Shown here piece after piece: positions 11,278 through 24,843 of a DNA stretch of 64,000 nt. Positions within the stretch are counted from its first letter, which is position 1. Each line of letters begins with the position of its first letter. A program made the position numbers and the translations under genes. The notes under the pieces were generated by a model. The model made no database searches and was not told the DNA's origin. It was given only the letters and a program-made list of their open reading frames with translations. Origin of the DNA: Lingula anatina (lineage: Eukaryota > Animalia > Brachiopoda); assembly GCA_051362555.1 (NCBI GenBank), contig CM120646.1, positions 5,456,001-5,520,000 of the forward strand, written 5' to 3'.

Positions 11278-12924
11278 ATATATTCTTGCCTAAGACATAT
11301 TTGACAAAATTTGATCTTGTTGGATAGTTCACATGATTCCAACTGGGTGCGTCAAGAGACAGCCCAGCCATTGTGAGAAAACTGCAGGTGTAATACTATA
11401 ATATTTCTTGCATTCCTTTTATCATATTGAAAGTAGTAGAACTCTCCATCTCCCACCCTGGGAGTCAAGAGTTGATGAGTTCTTTTCATGTGTCATCATT
11501 ACTGAAGAACACATTAGAGTGCAGTGAGACAGCCACTTTCTTGTAACAGTTGATCTGTACAATAAGTTATAACTTCTTGATCCGTATATATATATATATA
11601 TATTTAAGTGATTAACCATCTGAAATAAGCATCAAGAAGTAAGTGCATTTTAAATAAAGCAGCTGGTAAAAGAATTAATTAGCAAGAAAGCAGAGTATTC
11701 AATATGCCAGAAAACTAATATTTTTGTACATTGCTGAAGGCAGTTGTTTCAACATGAGGGAATTTCTTTTTCCCATCTTAATTTGGATGCATGGGTGAGA
11801 GTTTTCAACTTTTTAGATTTAACTGTCTCCAACTCCCCTCACCCCCCACCCCCCCACCACCAAAACTATGTTTCCTGGTCCTAGTTTTTAAAAGTTGGAT
11901 CTTCAGTTGCATGCTAAAAGAGAGTATATTACGTAATATAAAGTCTTTATGAAAAACAAAGTGCTCCCCCTGTGCAAGGCAGCATTAACCTTTCCTATAC
12001 TGTGAAATAACAGATAACAGCAGTTGGCTATATAATGGGCATTCCATGCTGCTTGGGCCATAATAGACTGTATTGGAGGACATGTGGATTAAAGGCCTCA
12101 AGGTGCAAGCTTTGTTCTCTGAACAACCTACATGCTTTCTGTGACAGCCTCATTTATCACGGATACCTCAGTCAGTCACCTTGTTGTGCAGGGGCAAGTT
12201 TGGGGGTATTTTATGACTTAAGTCGTGCAGGGTGTCTCATTTATTTACATATATATATCTAACCCTATGTTCTAAAGTTTATATGTTCCCAAAATAGGTG
12301 TAGGACTCGGATGTGTCTTCTGTCGATAATTCCCAAATGAGACAACTTATTTTGAAGTTATTTTTTAGAAAGGATAACCAGGTTCAAGTCTCATATGGTG
12401 ACTTAATTAGAAGGCATAATTTTGATGACACTTTTTTTTTCAGTGTTTAACTGGATGTTTGCATGTCTGCATATTTGGCAGGCATAACACACATAAATCA
12501 TTCTCGTGCCATCTCATTTTTTGTTACCCCATTAGGTTTATTCCTAGATTCTTTTTATACTATCTTGAAATAAAACCTTGTTGAATAAACTCAATTTTTG
12601 CTGCTTTTTATTCTCCTTAATCACGAGCACCTCTTTTGGCAGACATAAATATATCTCTATTTTGGCATGATATATATACAGATTGTGAAACGTGAGTCTG
12701 ATGTAACTTCACATCAGTTTTGTTTTATACCAACAGCTGTTTTCACCAAATCAAATTTTAATTTGAGGGGAAAAATCAATATGTTCATTTCCTTGAGTCA
12801 AGCTTAATTATTTGTTGTATTTAACTTGTATTTAACTCATGCTACTCTATGCAATGTATAATAATTGAAAAAAAAAATGTTTGTAAGATGGTCCCTAATA
12901 TGCCTCACCTAATTTCATGTTTGT

Positions 12925-13290
12925 ATATATAATGCCACAGTCCTGGTGGGTGATCATCAGCACCCCACCCCCGTCCCACTCCACCCCAGCTTGGCACTCG
13001 CTTTCATCCTAGGTGTTTATAAATATCAATACCCTATATTTTCACCCCCACCCCAACCTTACCTCCCCCCTCCCCCAACTTCCAGCTCAACATTTGCTTT
13101 TTATCCAAGGTGTATAAAATGATGTCAAGATCTATGTCTTGGTGGGTTGAGCATCAACTTCCCAACAGCCTCATCCCCACCCCCCCATTTCCAGCTGAAC
13201 ACTCCCTTTTATCCTAGATGTATAAAATGACGTCAAGACCTTGTCTTTGTGGGTTGACCAACTCTCCACCCCCCCCCCCTCAAAACCCCC
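12925..13290. repeat. Degenerate ~110-bp tandem repeat, about 3 units
   Basis: Recurring C-run-ccagc...tttatccwaggtgtataaaatgaygtcaaga...gtgggttga. Confidence 0.75.
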
Positions 13291-13385
13291 TCAGTTTTGT
13301 ACTGTTGCTAACAATACAATGATTCTGACAGCAAGGGTGATTTTTGGCAGTTAGTATTTGTATATAATGTATCTGTATGTTGCAG

Positions 13386-13505
13386 GTTAGGAACCAGCAT
13401 ATGCATCTTAATTTCTGAACAAAAAAAGTTTGAAGAGTGTTTCCCAGAAGTCATTATTTATCAAACCTTCAAAGGAGATCCTTTTCAGTCTAAAGTCTCT
13501 GAACG
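13386..13505 (+). other. Candidate Gli 5' UTR exon (120 nt)
   Basis: Acceptor ttgcag| and strong donor ACG|gtaagg. Confidence 0.45.
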
Positions 13506-15209
13506 GTAAGGAAGTTTGAAATTCATTGCAGAGATTTATATTGATAGATTGGCATTATATACAGTGATTTTTAAAAGGATGGAAAGGTAAATCTGATAGT
13601 TATCAGTTATTCAAAGCCACTATTCTCAGTTTTAAAGTCATTGGCAGTGTGTTATTACAGGTCAGTTGTAATCATGTAACTGTTTATAGTGATGTATGCT
13701 CAATTTGCTAACCTGATCATGGAAAGACATGCATTGAACTTATAAAGACACAGATTTTCTCTAAATGTGTAAAAAGTTCGAAGGTAATTCTTTCTATGGA
13801 AATTATCCTAATTTTTCCTTACCCCACCTGGACAAAACAATCCTGCATAAGGCAAAAGCATTTAGTTTGAAAAATTATACCCGGAGCTCAGAAATAGTAT
13901 TCACAGTCATGAGTTGTAAGCTAAATTACCAGTTCAACTCATTTTTTAAGTATTGAGAAACTGTTTTTTTTTTTTTTTGTTAATGCAGAAGCAAGTCTTT
14001 GTCCAAGTTTTTGCCTGTTTGAAGTTTAGATAAAAAGTAACTGCTATAGAATAAAATAATTAATTAGATGGAAAATACTTCCATTTGTCTTTGTATAATT
14101 TCATGATAATTACCTGTATTTATCTATTTCTTATTCTGCAAATTCTACAGAAACAGCAATCACTAACTAAAAATTTAATATTCAACACATTTCTGTGATT
14201 TTCCCTTTTTTTTAATGATTCTCTTATAAGAACTGGACTCTGTAATTATCAAAAATTATGAATCTCCTGTAAAAAATGTATATATTTTTAATTTTTTCAT
14301 GAATGGCGAGGTGCAGCCAGGCCAGTGTTTCTTCCTGGCTTTCTCCCAAATAGGCACTAGTCTCAGTTATGTGTACTGCTATATTTGAAGGCTTGATTAG
14401 TATTAGATTATTCTATTGACCTGCTGAGTCCACATTTAAACTGGGATTATGAACAGATTAAGAGGTGACAAAAAGTGTAAGGTCAACCAGGTTTGGGGCT
14501 ATAGTCCTTCAATTTTGAAAGGTTCATTATTTGCTATTCTTGGGTAGTGTTGGATATGAATATTTTGGTATATTGTCATGTTTGAGATGACCAGGGAAAG
14601 GAAGTATCTAGTTTTCCACCATATCTTGCACTTTAGAATGAGGTATAATATTTGAGATTGTTTTAGGCATATTGATTCTTTAATTGATGAAAATATATGT
14701 AGATGTACTGGTAGCATGAAATGACCATGAAATCAAAGATGAAAAAATGAGATACTGACTAATTTTTTCCCAATCAAATAAAAAATTGAAGAGTACACAG
14801 AATTTCACCATAATTACTTTAATAATTTCTAAAATATGTTAGACTTGTTGCATTTTTGGCTACTTATAATACTCCACTTGTAAAATATGTGTGCAGAAAT
14901 TAGTTATAAAAATGACCCCAGAACAATTGACTTTGTAGGTGCTACATATTTAGCAAACTTCATTATGTTTAGTGTTTGTAAGGGTAAGTTATTAATCAAA
15001 TCACCTATGAGACTGAGGGACCAGCTATTAGTAGTGGAATTAATGTTTGTGCTGATCAAATTCATACCTGATTGTTTAAGGAGAAAATTAGTGGACTCAG
15101 GAGCTGCTTATTGGCACATTAAGAGATTACACAGGATTACGTTGTTTAGTTTTCACTTCACTGTCAACTAGAATTGCTTCTTTTTGAGTCATAGCCAAAG
15201 GTAACTTCT

Positions 15210-15236
<27 letters not shown>
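15210..15236. repeat. (GA)n microsatellite
   Basis: Visible run. Confidence 0.9.
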
Positions 15237-15240
<4 letters not shown>

Positions 15241-17364
15241 TTGATGATATATTTATATTATTAAAGTAAGTATCTGATGAACATGGTTAATAATGAGGAA
15301 AGATATTAAACAACAGTACTCTTATTAACAAATCTCAAAGAATTTGTAATCTTAAAAGAACCAAAAGTTTATATACTTGTGAGAAATTGATCATTTCTTA
15401 AGACACGTTGTTATGGTCATGAGAAATATTGAATCTTGTATGTGAGAGAGAAACGCCCAATATGCACCCTGTGGTCTGAGGTAAAGTGTACCAGACAATA
15501 ACACCCTGTGCGTCATAGGTTAACAAAATATACCCTGCTGGTATGGGAATGTTTAAGGAGTTCTTGTACTTCATTATGCCAGAGGTATTTGCACTTTAAT
15601 TAAAAAGTCCCTTGCATGCTCTTTACGTAACTCTCTGTGATGTAGATGTACTTAAATTAAGTTCAGCTAAAAATGCATGTAAATCTGTTTGATTTTTATA
15701 ACTAAAAAATTGGTATTTTATTTTTTTATCAGCTAAAAAATAAAATATAGTTTTTTCATGTAGGGCTTGGCCTCGGGAGAGAGGCAGAGTATGATAGATT
15801 TTCGATTTCTTGTCCAAAATCCAAGTTTTTGTGTGTGCGTGCACTGCAAAAGGCAAATTTGAAAACTGATATCCAGCACATGTCGCTTCTTAGCTAAGAT
15901 GGATAGATTTTAGGAGAAAGTGTGACAGATATAACACTTTACACAAAAGTGGTAATGGAGAACTCCTGCCAGCCAGTTACCTGAGATGTGTGGTATGGAG
16001 GAAAAACATCAAAATTACCTAAAATGTATTATGAGATACTTGTCAGCTGCATTCACCCTTGAAACAAATTTTCAAAAAATATGTTTAACTTGTTTTTCAA
16101 CTCTCTGATTAAAAGATTTGTTTTACTTGGGTCATACCCATTATCTGATGGGTAAAGTTTGAATTTTAAAAACACAAGATATTTTTATTAGTTAATCTTC
16201 TAATAATTTTTTTTTTTGCAGTTTTACCGAGACTTCGGTCAAATGAAAAGAGTTCATAAACCTGTACTTATGCTAGTTTCAAAAATGGGATCATATGCAA
16301 CATTTTAAATACCTGAGAATTCTAATCATTTATTTGAATCATCTTAGAAGATTGACGAATAATTATTTAATTACATTTTTTAATTTAATTGATGTATTCA
16401 GAGCATTTCAAGTAAAAGGATAACATTTTTCCCAACAAATTATTTTTTCTGTTAGAAAAAAACCAGAACTTTGAATATTATTAACCACCAAATAAACCAA
16501 GATTACACTTGGTGTGAAGATCTTCATGCCATGAACGCCCTGTGATCACGCCTCTTTCTCCCACATACTTCAATGAAGTATCTCATTGAATCTATCAATT
16601 TCAAAGCTGGGATCCTCAGGGTAGTGTGTTAGGACAGACAGGAACACTGAGTGAGTTTGACAGCACCCTGGGGTTCTTGGTCAATCTTTGAGCCTGATTG
16701 AACTTTGCCTTTCATTCAGGGAGAGAGAGAGCTAAACCACCCTCCGACTTGGGAATGATTAGTAAAATGTGTCAGCCCGTTAAGGGATTCAACTTCCTCG
16801 ATATGGAATTGAGGTGAAATAGAAGATTTTGCTCTTGGGACTTTGGGGTTTTATAGGCCAAAGAGGCAAGTTTTTGCATCAAAATTCAAGCTGTTTGTTA
16901 TTAATAACCATGACTTGGTAGAAAATATTACAGGCCTTTACACTACGTAAATGGCATTTGAATGTGTCAGATTTTCTGATCATGGAGGGTTATAGTGTGG
17001 AGAGATGATTATATTGGAATGGACCGTCGGCATTCAAAGAAGTAAACTCCATGGAGAACATGTTTGGAGACAGTATTTTGAGTAAATGAATGAAAAAAGT
17101 GAACTTGATGCCAAGAAATGAAAATGGATGTTTTTCTTAACAGTTGCATTGGTTGTAGACGTAATTCTTATACCTTTTACATTAAAATAAATAAGTAAAA
17201 TTTTGAAAAGAAATCTCTACAAACGTGCTCAGATCAGTAGTGACAGTTGTTGGTTTGGAAGAAAGGTGTGTAATTTAAAAATAAATTGATTTATAAAATT
17301 TAATTATTGAAAAAAATAACTTAGATAATTTTTCTTTATTTTGATCAACTCAAATTGCTATTTG

Positions 17365-17366
<2 letters not shown>

Positions 17367-17408
<42 letters not shown>
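17367..17408. repeat. (ATT)n microsatellite
   Basis: Visible run. Confidence 0.93.
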
Positions 17409-20400
17409 TTATTTATTATTTTTTTATTTGATCAAAATATGAAGGTCCGGATCTGAACATCTGTGATTAAAATTGAAAATCTCTGTAGAATTAATAGGAT
17501 GTAAAGTGCTGGGAGAATATCCTGTTGAGGGAATTAACTGTTAGGAACGAGTTAAACGCAGGAGAGAGGATTAAGATCTCATCTCGTTAGGTACTTAATG
17601 ATAATGTAATTATTTCAGATTAAACACCTGATTTTGTTTCCACAACACCACGCAGTGAAAAAAAAAATAATAATGAGCAAAGAAAATGCTGAGACATGAA
17701 GAAAAAAGTGCAAGTTTGAATATTGTGGTTAGGGTGTTAGAATAACTTTTTTAACCCAACATTCTGTAAACTAATTATTTTTTATCGCCGTTTCATATTG
17801 CCTCTAGATCTAGATTAAGACACTGATAATACAGATTTAATGCCCAGTGCATTCAAAAGGTTAACACTGAAAAGAACACAATCGCAGATTTATTTCCCTT
17901 AATTTGGTTTTGATAATCTTCGCGTAGTGTGCTGGAATGCCCCTTTGATGTATTCGCCCATCTGAGGATAATAAGTCGCCATTTTAATCATAGCTGTTTG
18001 AATAGGCCCCGAAGATTGAAAGGAGTCGGGTTACATATGAACCTGTTAGTCATGAAAACCGCAATATAGACTATACACAAGCAGCCTTTTATTGAGATGG
18101 AAAATTTAGGAAAACATCAAGTGTGAAAATGTGTTAGCATGTTGCTGATCTTAATTAAGATGTTCAGTTTGAAGATGTAAGTTTTTTAAATGTTTCCATT
18201 TGTTTTATAGGTTCAGCTGCAGCTTTTTTTTTAAAGATCAACATATTATGTAATTGCCCAGTGCATAAAAATACTAAATACAAAGAAATGAGTTTTCTTT
18301 TAAGATGAATTTGAGTTTTATGTGCCATGATAATAGAAATTATGAATATTTTTTATTGAAATAAATGCTTATCTTAATGTAATGAAAACACAATTTTTTA
18401 AGCAAAAAAGTAAAAAAAAATCTAATATTACAAAAATATCAGCTGAAATTATTCATGTGTTCCTCTTCAATATTAACTAGTTCTGCCTTCACGTACATGT
18501 ACAATAGTTCAGTTTGCCCATATTAGCAAATAGCAGCGGTGTTGCATTAACCTTCAGTGCATTTACTGTATGTATCTGTTTGACCACCTGAGTCATAGAA
18601 ATAAAAGACAACTTTAATAGAGTAGGGTACCGAGGTCCATCTAGTAAAGTGAGCCTGTATTCTGGACACAGTAGGGAAGAACCGACCAGCTTTCTGGCAT
18701 ATTTGTCATGTTTCCGCCTTTGCCTTTGTGTCGCTGGTTGTCCAACATCGCAAACGGCTGGAGATGACTTTTGATCTCGACAATTCCAGGTTGTTTTAGT
18801 TTAACAGATTTGCTTTGTCAGCCCTTACCACTTACAATATTTGTGCTGAGAAAATGCAAACAAAATTATACAAATTGAAAATATTTGAGTGGTGATTGGG
18901 TAAATATGAGGCTCACAGCCACCATTGGGGTGTAACAGGGCCTGCTGGGGCTCCAGTGGGGGGGGGGGGGGGGAGGGGGGACTGGGGTTAAGGGAGGGGG
19001 AAGAGAGATAGAGCCAGCTCTTTATGTTTTTGAAAAGTCATACAGTAAATATCTTGACTTGGTTTAGGTAATCGAAAACAGTAGAAAAATGACAGCTAAA
19101 GAAATATAGTTTTTTAATGAATTATTTAACCATCATTGAGGTATTAAGCTCAATTTTTTTTCTACAAAGTGAATAGGGGAAGTGTACATGTTAATCCTGT
19201 TTTGAAAATACGTACAGTCATGGAGTGTGCCATGATTTTAAACAAATTTGAGAATATTCTGTTCTCCTGAATTGCTCACCAAGTTGGGTGTTTGACCAAA
19301 AAATTAGAGAATTTAAATTTTTCAGTTGAAAGCAATCCAAATCTTAACAATTGCCTTTGGATGAATGATTGTTATTTTGCATCATTGTAAATGCTCTTTA
19401 TGAGATATATATTTTAAAAATATTCCAAGAATTATTTACCTAGTTTTGCAATATAAGATTTTTCTCAGGGAAGGGCCTGATCTGGGGAGCTTATTGAGAG
19501 GTCGCCCCTGGATTTCACCCTTGGGGGCCCCTTACCTTTCTCTGCTTCTTAAAGCAGGGTTAGCTTTGTGTACCATTGAATTGATTGAAAAGATAAATTC
19601 CCCCAGACCCCTCTGATATTGTTGCCTATTTTCATTAGCCGGTCTTTGATGTTCATTCATGTGCGTATGGGATAATAGGCTGCTACTTAACAGTTACAGT
19701 TCTAAGGGTAGTGCCCCGTGCTTGTGAAGTTAACAAGTTTGAGGTGTACCTTTTGAGTTTCTTTTCGTGTTAAAGTTGGAAAAAATCTCACTTCTGGAGT
19801 GTTTTCGGTAATGTGATTTTTCTGGCAAGTGTTAGAGAGTAATTCTGATAAGAGGAAGAGGTATTTTTCCCACTGGAAGAAATGGATTGATCTTTTTGGC
19901 AAAAACACTCAAAGAGCACGAGTTATTTCTCAGAAAAATCCTCAATAAATCAGTTATTTTATGTGACGTGAATTTGTTTCTCTGTGACACCACAATGCAC
20001 CCACATAGTTCCTGCAAAATCACTTACGACAAAAACATTTCTCAGGACCACATTTTCACTACAATCTGACGGCGTGTTATTCCCCTCCGTCCTCCCCTCT
20101 TAAAGTCTTCCGTCCCTTTCAGACTTCTCCACTTGGTTCACCCCAGCAGTGAGCAGTAGCCTGTGTGAATTTGATGCCTGGACTCCATGTTGTATTCCCT
20201 CCACTTGCTAACAGAACAGTCGGACCATTTCCCAAGGCACTGTGGCAGCCACGGCAGAACTAAGACGCAGACCTGACTCTGGAAATGGATTTTGCAGGAT
20301 TCTCCTCATAGCACCAGTAGTTGAACCTAGGAGACTGCTTTGATAAGATCCGTCATCATTTTTGCTAGGACTGTAAGCATGGTGGTGGAGGTGGAGTGAG

Positions 20401-21107
20401 GAACAAGGGTGCACCACAAGCCTGAGAGGTGAGTTTTGGAGGAAATAGCTTTCAGGGGTTATTGGGGTAAAACTGTAACACAATTTCAGTCCATCTTCAT
20501 ATCACACAAAGATATCTGTTAGGATGTAGATTCATGAGCTAAACTGTATAATTATCATTACCATGTCTAGAAAGTAACATAACCTGTGGTTCTTGGGAAG
20601 GGTAAGGCCAAGGAATAAGGTCTAAATGGGGTCTCGAATTCCCTGGGTTTTTGACATGAAGGGGGCTAGAGAAAGTGGAAGCCTGGCAAAGGTCATACAC
20701 CGATGTCATGGCCACGGCTTCTCAGTTGACTCGGTGTCAGGAAGTGAGGAGCGTTGCAAGATGCCTGGCAGTGCCAGAGTTCAACCCCAATCTCGTTTGA
20801 AGTAAACCATAATATGTGATATTCAATCCTGCCTGCACCATAGCATGGCTGTTACTGTCACTTAATGTTGAGCACTGACTCCCTGGCCAACAAGTGAGAT
20901 GAGTTCATATTGATCAACAGTTGTGATGATATTTGATAGGTGAAAGACAGACAGACATGGTTAACTGTTTTGACTGTTTTAGCTCTGTTAATTAGAAGAA
21001 AAGCATTTAAAGCTGATTAGTGTTTCTAGTTCAGTGGATTTTTGCTACTACCTAAAATAAGGTAGAAATCTACTGTGTGAGTCATGTTAGACACATTGTA
21101 GAAAATT

Positions 21108-21278
21108 CAAGGGTGGATTGAGGCTGTCTTCTGGGTCTTCCGGAAGATGGTCAAATTTCTAAGTTTACATTGATGAGTACCTAATTTTTTTTCTGTCGGA
21201 AGCCGGTCAAAAGTTGGAGGATGGATCAACAGAGATAAAGTGGAAGACTGTCAGAAAATGTCTCTGGATCCGCCCCTG
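21108..21278 (+). mobile_element. 171-bp non-autonomous DNA transposon, family A (CAGGGGCGGAT-type ends), 5-bp TSD
   Basis: aaatt-caagggtggat...atccgcccctg-aaatt; a second copy lies at 42396-42563. Confidence 0.88.
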
Positions 21279-22522
21279 AAATTGATTAAGCTAAATTTTT
21301 GGATATCATTTATTAAATGGGCATTGGTTTGTATGTAGTTCAAGTACAGATGTGATAAGTATTTAGAACTCTTTATTTATGTGATTAAGGTGTTAATCCC
21401 CTTAGTAGAGCAACCTGGTGTGACCCCCTAACAAGAAATCAAATTAAGTGCCACAGAAAATATTTATAAACTTCTGGTTAAGGCATAAATGTATGTAAAT
21501 TTTTATAAAAAATTGTTGATATAGAGTACCTGGTCAATTTTATTGAGTTAATGGTTTGATATTTCCAACTCCAGAACGCACAGAATGACTGGCAGAATGA
21601 CTGGCGCTCTGGATGGTTGTCTACTGTCTTACTTCACAATATAAACATTTTTTGACAGCTCGTAGTCGTCCTGCCTCTGCATTCTTGACTCACTGGCATA
21701 TTTTTGTTTTATACATTCTATATTTAGTAAAGTGGATTTTTTAAAATAAAAAACTGACAAATTTGCTGTAGTCTCTTATATTTTACTGCCTTACAAAGAA
21801 AAGTGAGGCCTTTTTGGGTGATATATTAGTAGAAGATTTGATTTTTTCATAGTGATGACATTTGATTCTTTTAATAGGGGTACATAAATAGTAATTGTGA
21901 GAAAAAATTTAGGAAAATCCAATTCATCATAAAGAATGAATACATATATTTGATTTCTGTTATTTGAGACATTTATAGGGGATTGAATTTGTTCAAAAGT
22001 TAATGAAAATTTGACTCTTTGTGCACCTTTCCTTTTCGGTGCATGAAGTCTGGTGCCATCATGGTGGTATCCAAATCGTAAAAAGATGAAAGATTTGACA
22101 GAGAACTTTCAGACATATCAAATAGAGTTAGATGACTTGTAACATTTGATTTTTTTTATTGCAAGTTTTTAAACATACAGTCTACGGTAAAGGCTTTGGT
22201 GCCTGAAAGACGAAATGAAGACTTTCCTAAGGGCAAGTCGTAGGTCTCATTTTACACCAGTATTTCCACTGTCTTCTGTCTGTGAGTCCAGTTTGAGCTT
22301 TACTTCTTTGTACCCATGTTTGTGTAATTTTTTTCATTTTTATCATTCATCATCTGAGCATTGTAAAATATGACTGAATCCAACACCTGCCCTAGCCCCC
22401 CTATCAGTTAGTATATCAGTGATCTATTTGTGAAATAAATGAATTTTTTATCAAACCCGGTTTCTGCACATATAACTTTTCAGTTCCCTATTCCAGAGTT
22501 TTCTTGTGAAAACTGCTCTTAG

Positions 22523-22744
22523 ACCCCATTCCCATACTTAGATCGATCTAGCAGGATCGACCCATCTCCGAGGGGTCGCTAAATTGCATTCAGATTAAGC
22601 AGCTTAGATGTCTGGCACGCCTACTGAAGCTGCTAAATGATATAGTTAATTATTCCTTAACATCTTCAGTAGGCACGCCAGACATCAGAGACCCCTTGGA
22701 GATGGGTTGGTCCTACTGGATCGACTTAGGTATGGGAATGGGGT
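22523..22744. mobile_element. Foldback (palindromic) MITE
   Basis: accccattcccatac...gtatgggaatggggt, with nested complementary arms (gatgtctggc/gccagacatc, gcctactgaag/cttcagtaggc). Confidence 0.88.
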
Positions 22745-24359
22745 TTTACACTTGCCTAGACACAGATTTGCCCTTGGCATTCTGGGAAGGAAAAAAACAG
22801 AAATAGTTGTGAAATGTTTAAGTGCAGAAAATTCTTTGATTTGGGTCATTTGTTTTTACTGAATCCAACCTGAGCCTAAAAAAGTGAGAATTTCTTTTTA
22901 TTCCTGCCACTTGAAAGAACCTGTCACAAGTTGACATAAAGGACATCTGTTTTGGCAAACAGAATTACTGTGTTTGAAAAACTCCTGCTAAACAATTTGG
23001 ATAGCTGGTATTGTATTAAGGCCATGGTAGAGCACTGGTAAGGAATGAAGAATTTAACATGTACACATGAGAAAGGAAAAAATTTAAACTTGGCAGGAAA
23101 TATCATGCATCATTGTTTTGTCTGAAGTTGAAGGATTTTAGTTATTTTTAAGGATCTTAAAACAGAGAGAATGGTAAATATGTTCAGTTGAAAAATAAAC
23201 ACTGATTTGCTAGCCTTCTTCAGATCAAATAATAGATCCAAGCATGTGAGAATAGAAATATATTTAGCTGGTAAATGGTTATTGTTGTGGAAATTTTTGT
23301 GGGTGGATCTTTACTCACCATTTATCTCCTTTTTCACCGAACATATTCATTTTAAAAACCTGAAAACAGAAACAAATTGTAGGTTACTCATTACTAAATT
23401 TTTTTTTTACATTTTAAATTTTTTATTTAATTAAAATGCACAAAATGTTGTTTTAAATATGATAAATATCTACTGAAGACTGCTTTTTGACTATTTTATT
23501 CTGCAGAACAGCCAAATTCTCAGCAGTATTGCTGTTGGAAAATAGATCCGTATTTATGATATATGATAGCAACAACATTTGTAGCTCTTGATGTTCAACT
23601 ATGTATTACAGAAATGAAGTAAAAAGCTAACAAGTATGTCCATTTAATCAAGATATTTTGTGTACTGCATTTAAAAAGAGGAAAAAGTGTAGATCTATGC
23701 ATCAACTACCAAGTGTAGATGATATGAAAGTTTGGAAATGTTTGCTTCAAATTGGAAAGTATATTTTTGAGGGTAACAAAAAGTCTTGAAATGGTTTGGT
23801 ATTAGAATAAAAAATAAGAACAAATAAAAATGATTATTAAAAATAAAAATGTATAAAAATTTAATTATTGCCATAACCGCTTTCTCTTTGCCATGTGGGA
23901 AGGCAATGTCATGTGCAAAGGTCTAAATGCCATTTAACCATGATGAAGTGAAAAATTAAGGCCCCTCCCCCCTCCTACCCCTAAAGTGTGTCCCTGGAAC
24001 TAATTGGATTCCTCTCATTGGTAGTTATATAAGGTCACTACATGTATTACCACATGCATGCTTCTCAACAGTATGGGGAATTGGAACTTTATATCCCTTC
24101 AGTTCCTTCAGACTCTCAAGAGGTTGAGAAATTTGGTACTCTCTCTCTCTCTTCCTCTCTCTCTCTCTCTCATGATTTTTCTCAAAGCTGACTAGATAGC
24201 CTTCAGAGATTACAAAAAGCTCACCATGATTATCTCCATGTCTTCCATTTTGTATAGTAACTGAAAACAGCAGCGACATCTCTGAAACTTAGGATGCCTT
24301 AGGGTAACATTGAGGGATATCATACTAAACCCTCTATCTCTCACCCTTGCCCCCTCTAT

Positions 24360-24843
24360 GGGTTCATTCCCATTGAAACTATAGGACCCCATTTCCAGAG
24401 ATTAGATCGATCTACTTTAGATTGACCTAACTCCCTGGGGGTTCACGCTAAATAGCTGTCAGCCGAGCGGACACGAAAATTAATTACCCCCTTACAGCTT
24501 GCAGTAGGCGGGACGGACATTTAAGCCGGATTATCTGACAGTAATCTAGTGAGACTCCCCGCGGGGATAGATCGATCTAAAAGCTCTGGGAATACAGCCT
24601 AGGTCTACCTAGATGGATCCAACTCCATGGGAACTCATGGGGACTCTCACTGAGTGCAATCACTTATACAGATAACATGCCTCCTGGCCTTGGGTAGAAT
24701 ACAGAAAAGCTGGTGATTATACAAGTACCTCGGAAACAAGATTAGTCGTGTTAAGGCTCTGTTCAACTGATTGCATTTAGCGAGAGGCTCCGCAGAGATG
24801 GTTCGATCTACATAGACCATTAGTTTCAATGGGAATGATTCCC
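24360..24843. mobile_element. MITE with long imperfect TIRs, interrupted by a nested MITE
   Basis: tcattcccattgaaacta / tagtttcaatgggaatga; a truncated relative lies at 26173-26260. Confidence 0.8.
24384..24599 (+). mobile_element. 216-bp MITE (family C) nested in the left TIR of the outer MITE, TA-flanked
   Basis: ta-ggaccccatttcc...gggaatacagcc-ta; near-identical to 42677-42892; removing it restores the outer TIR. Confidence 0.88.
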
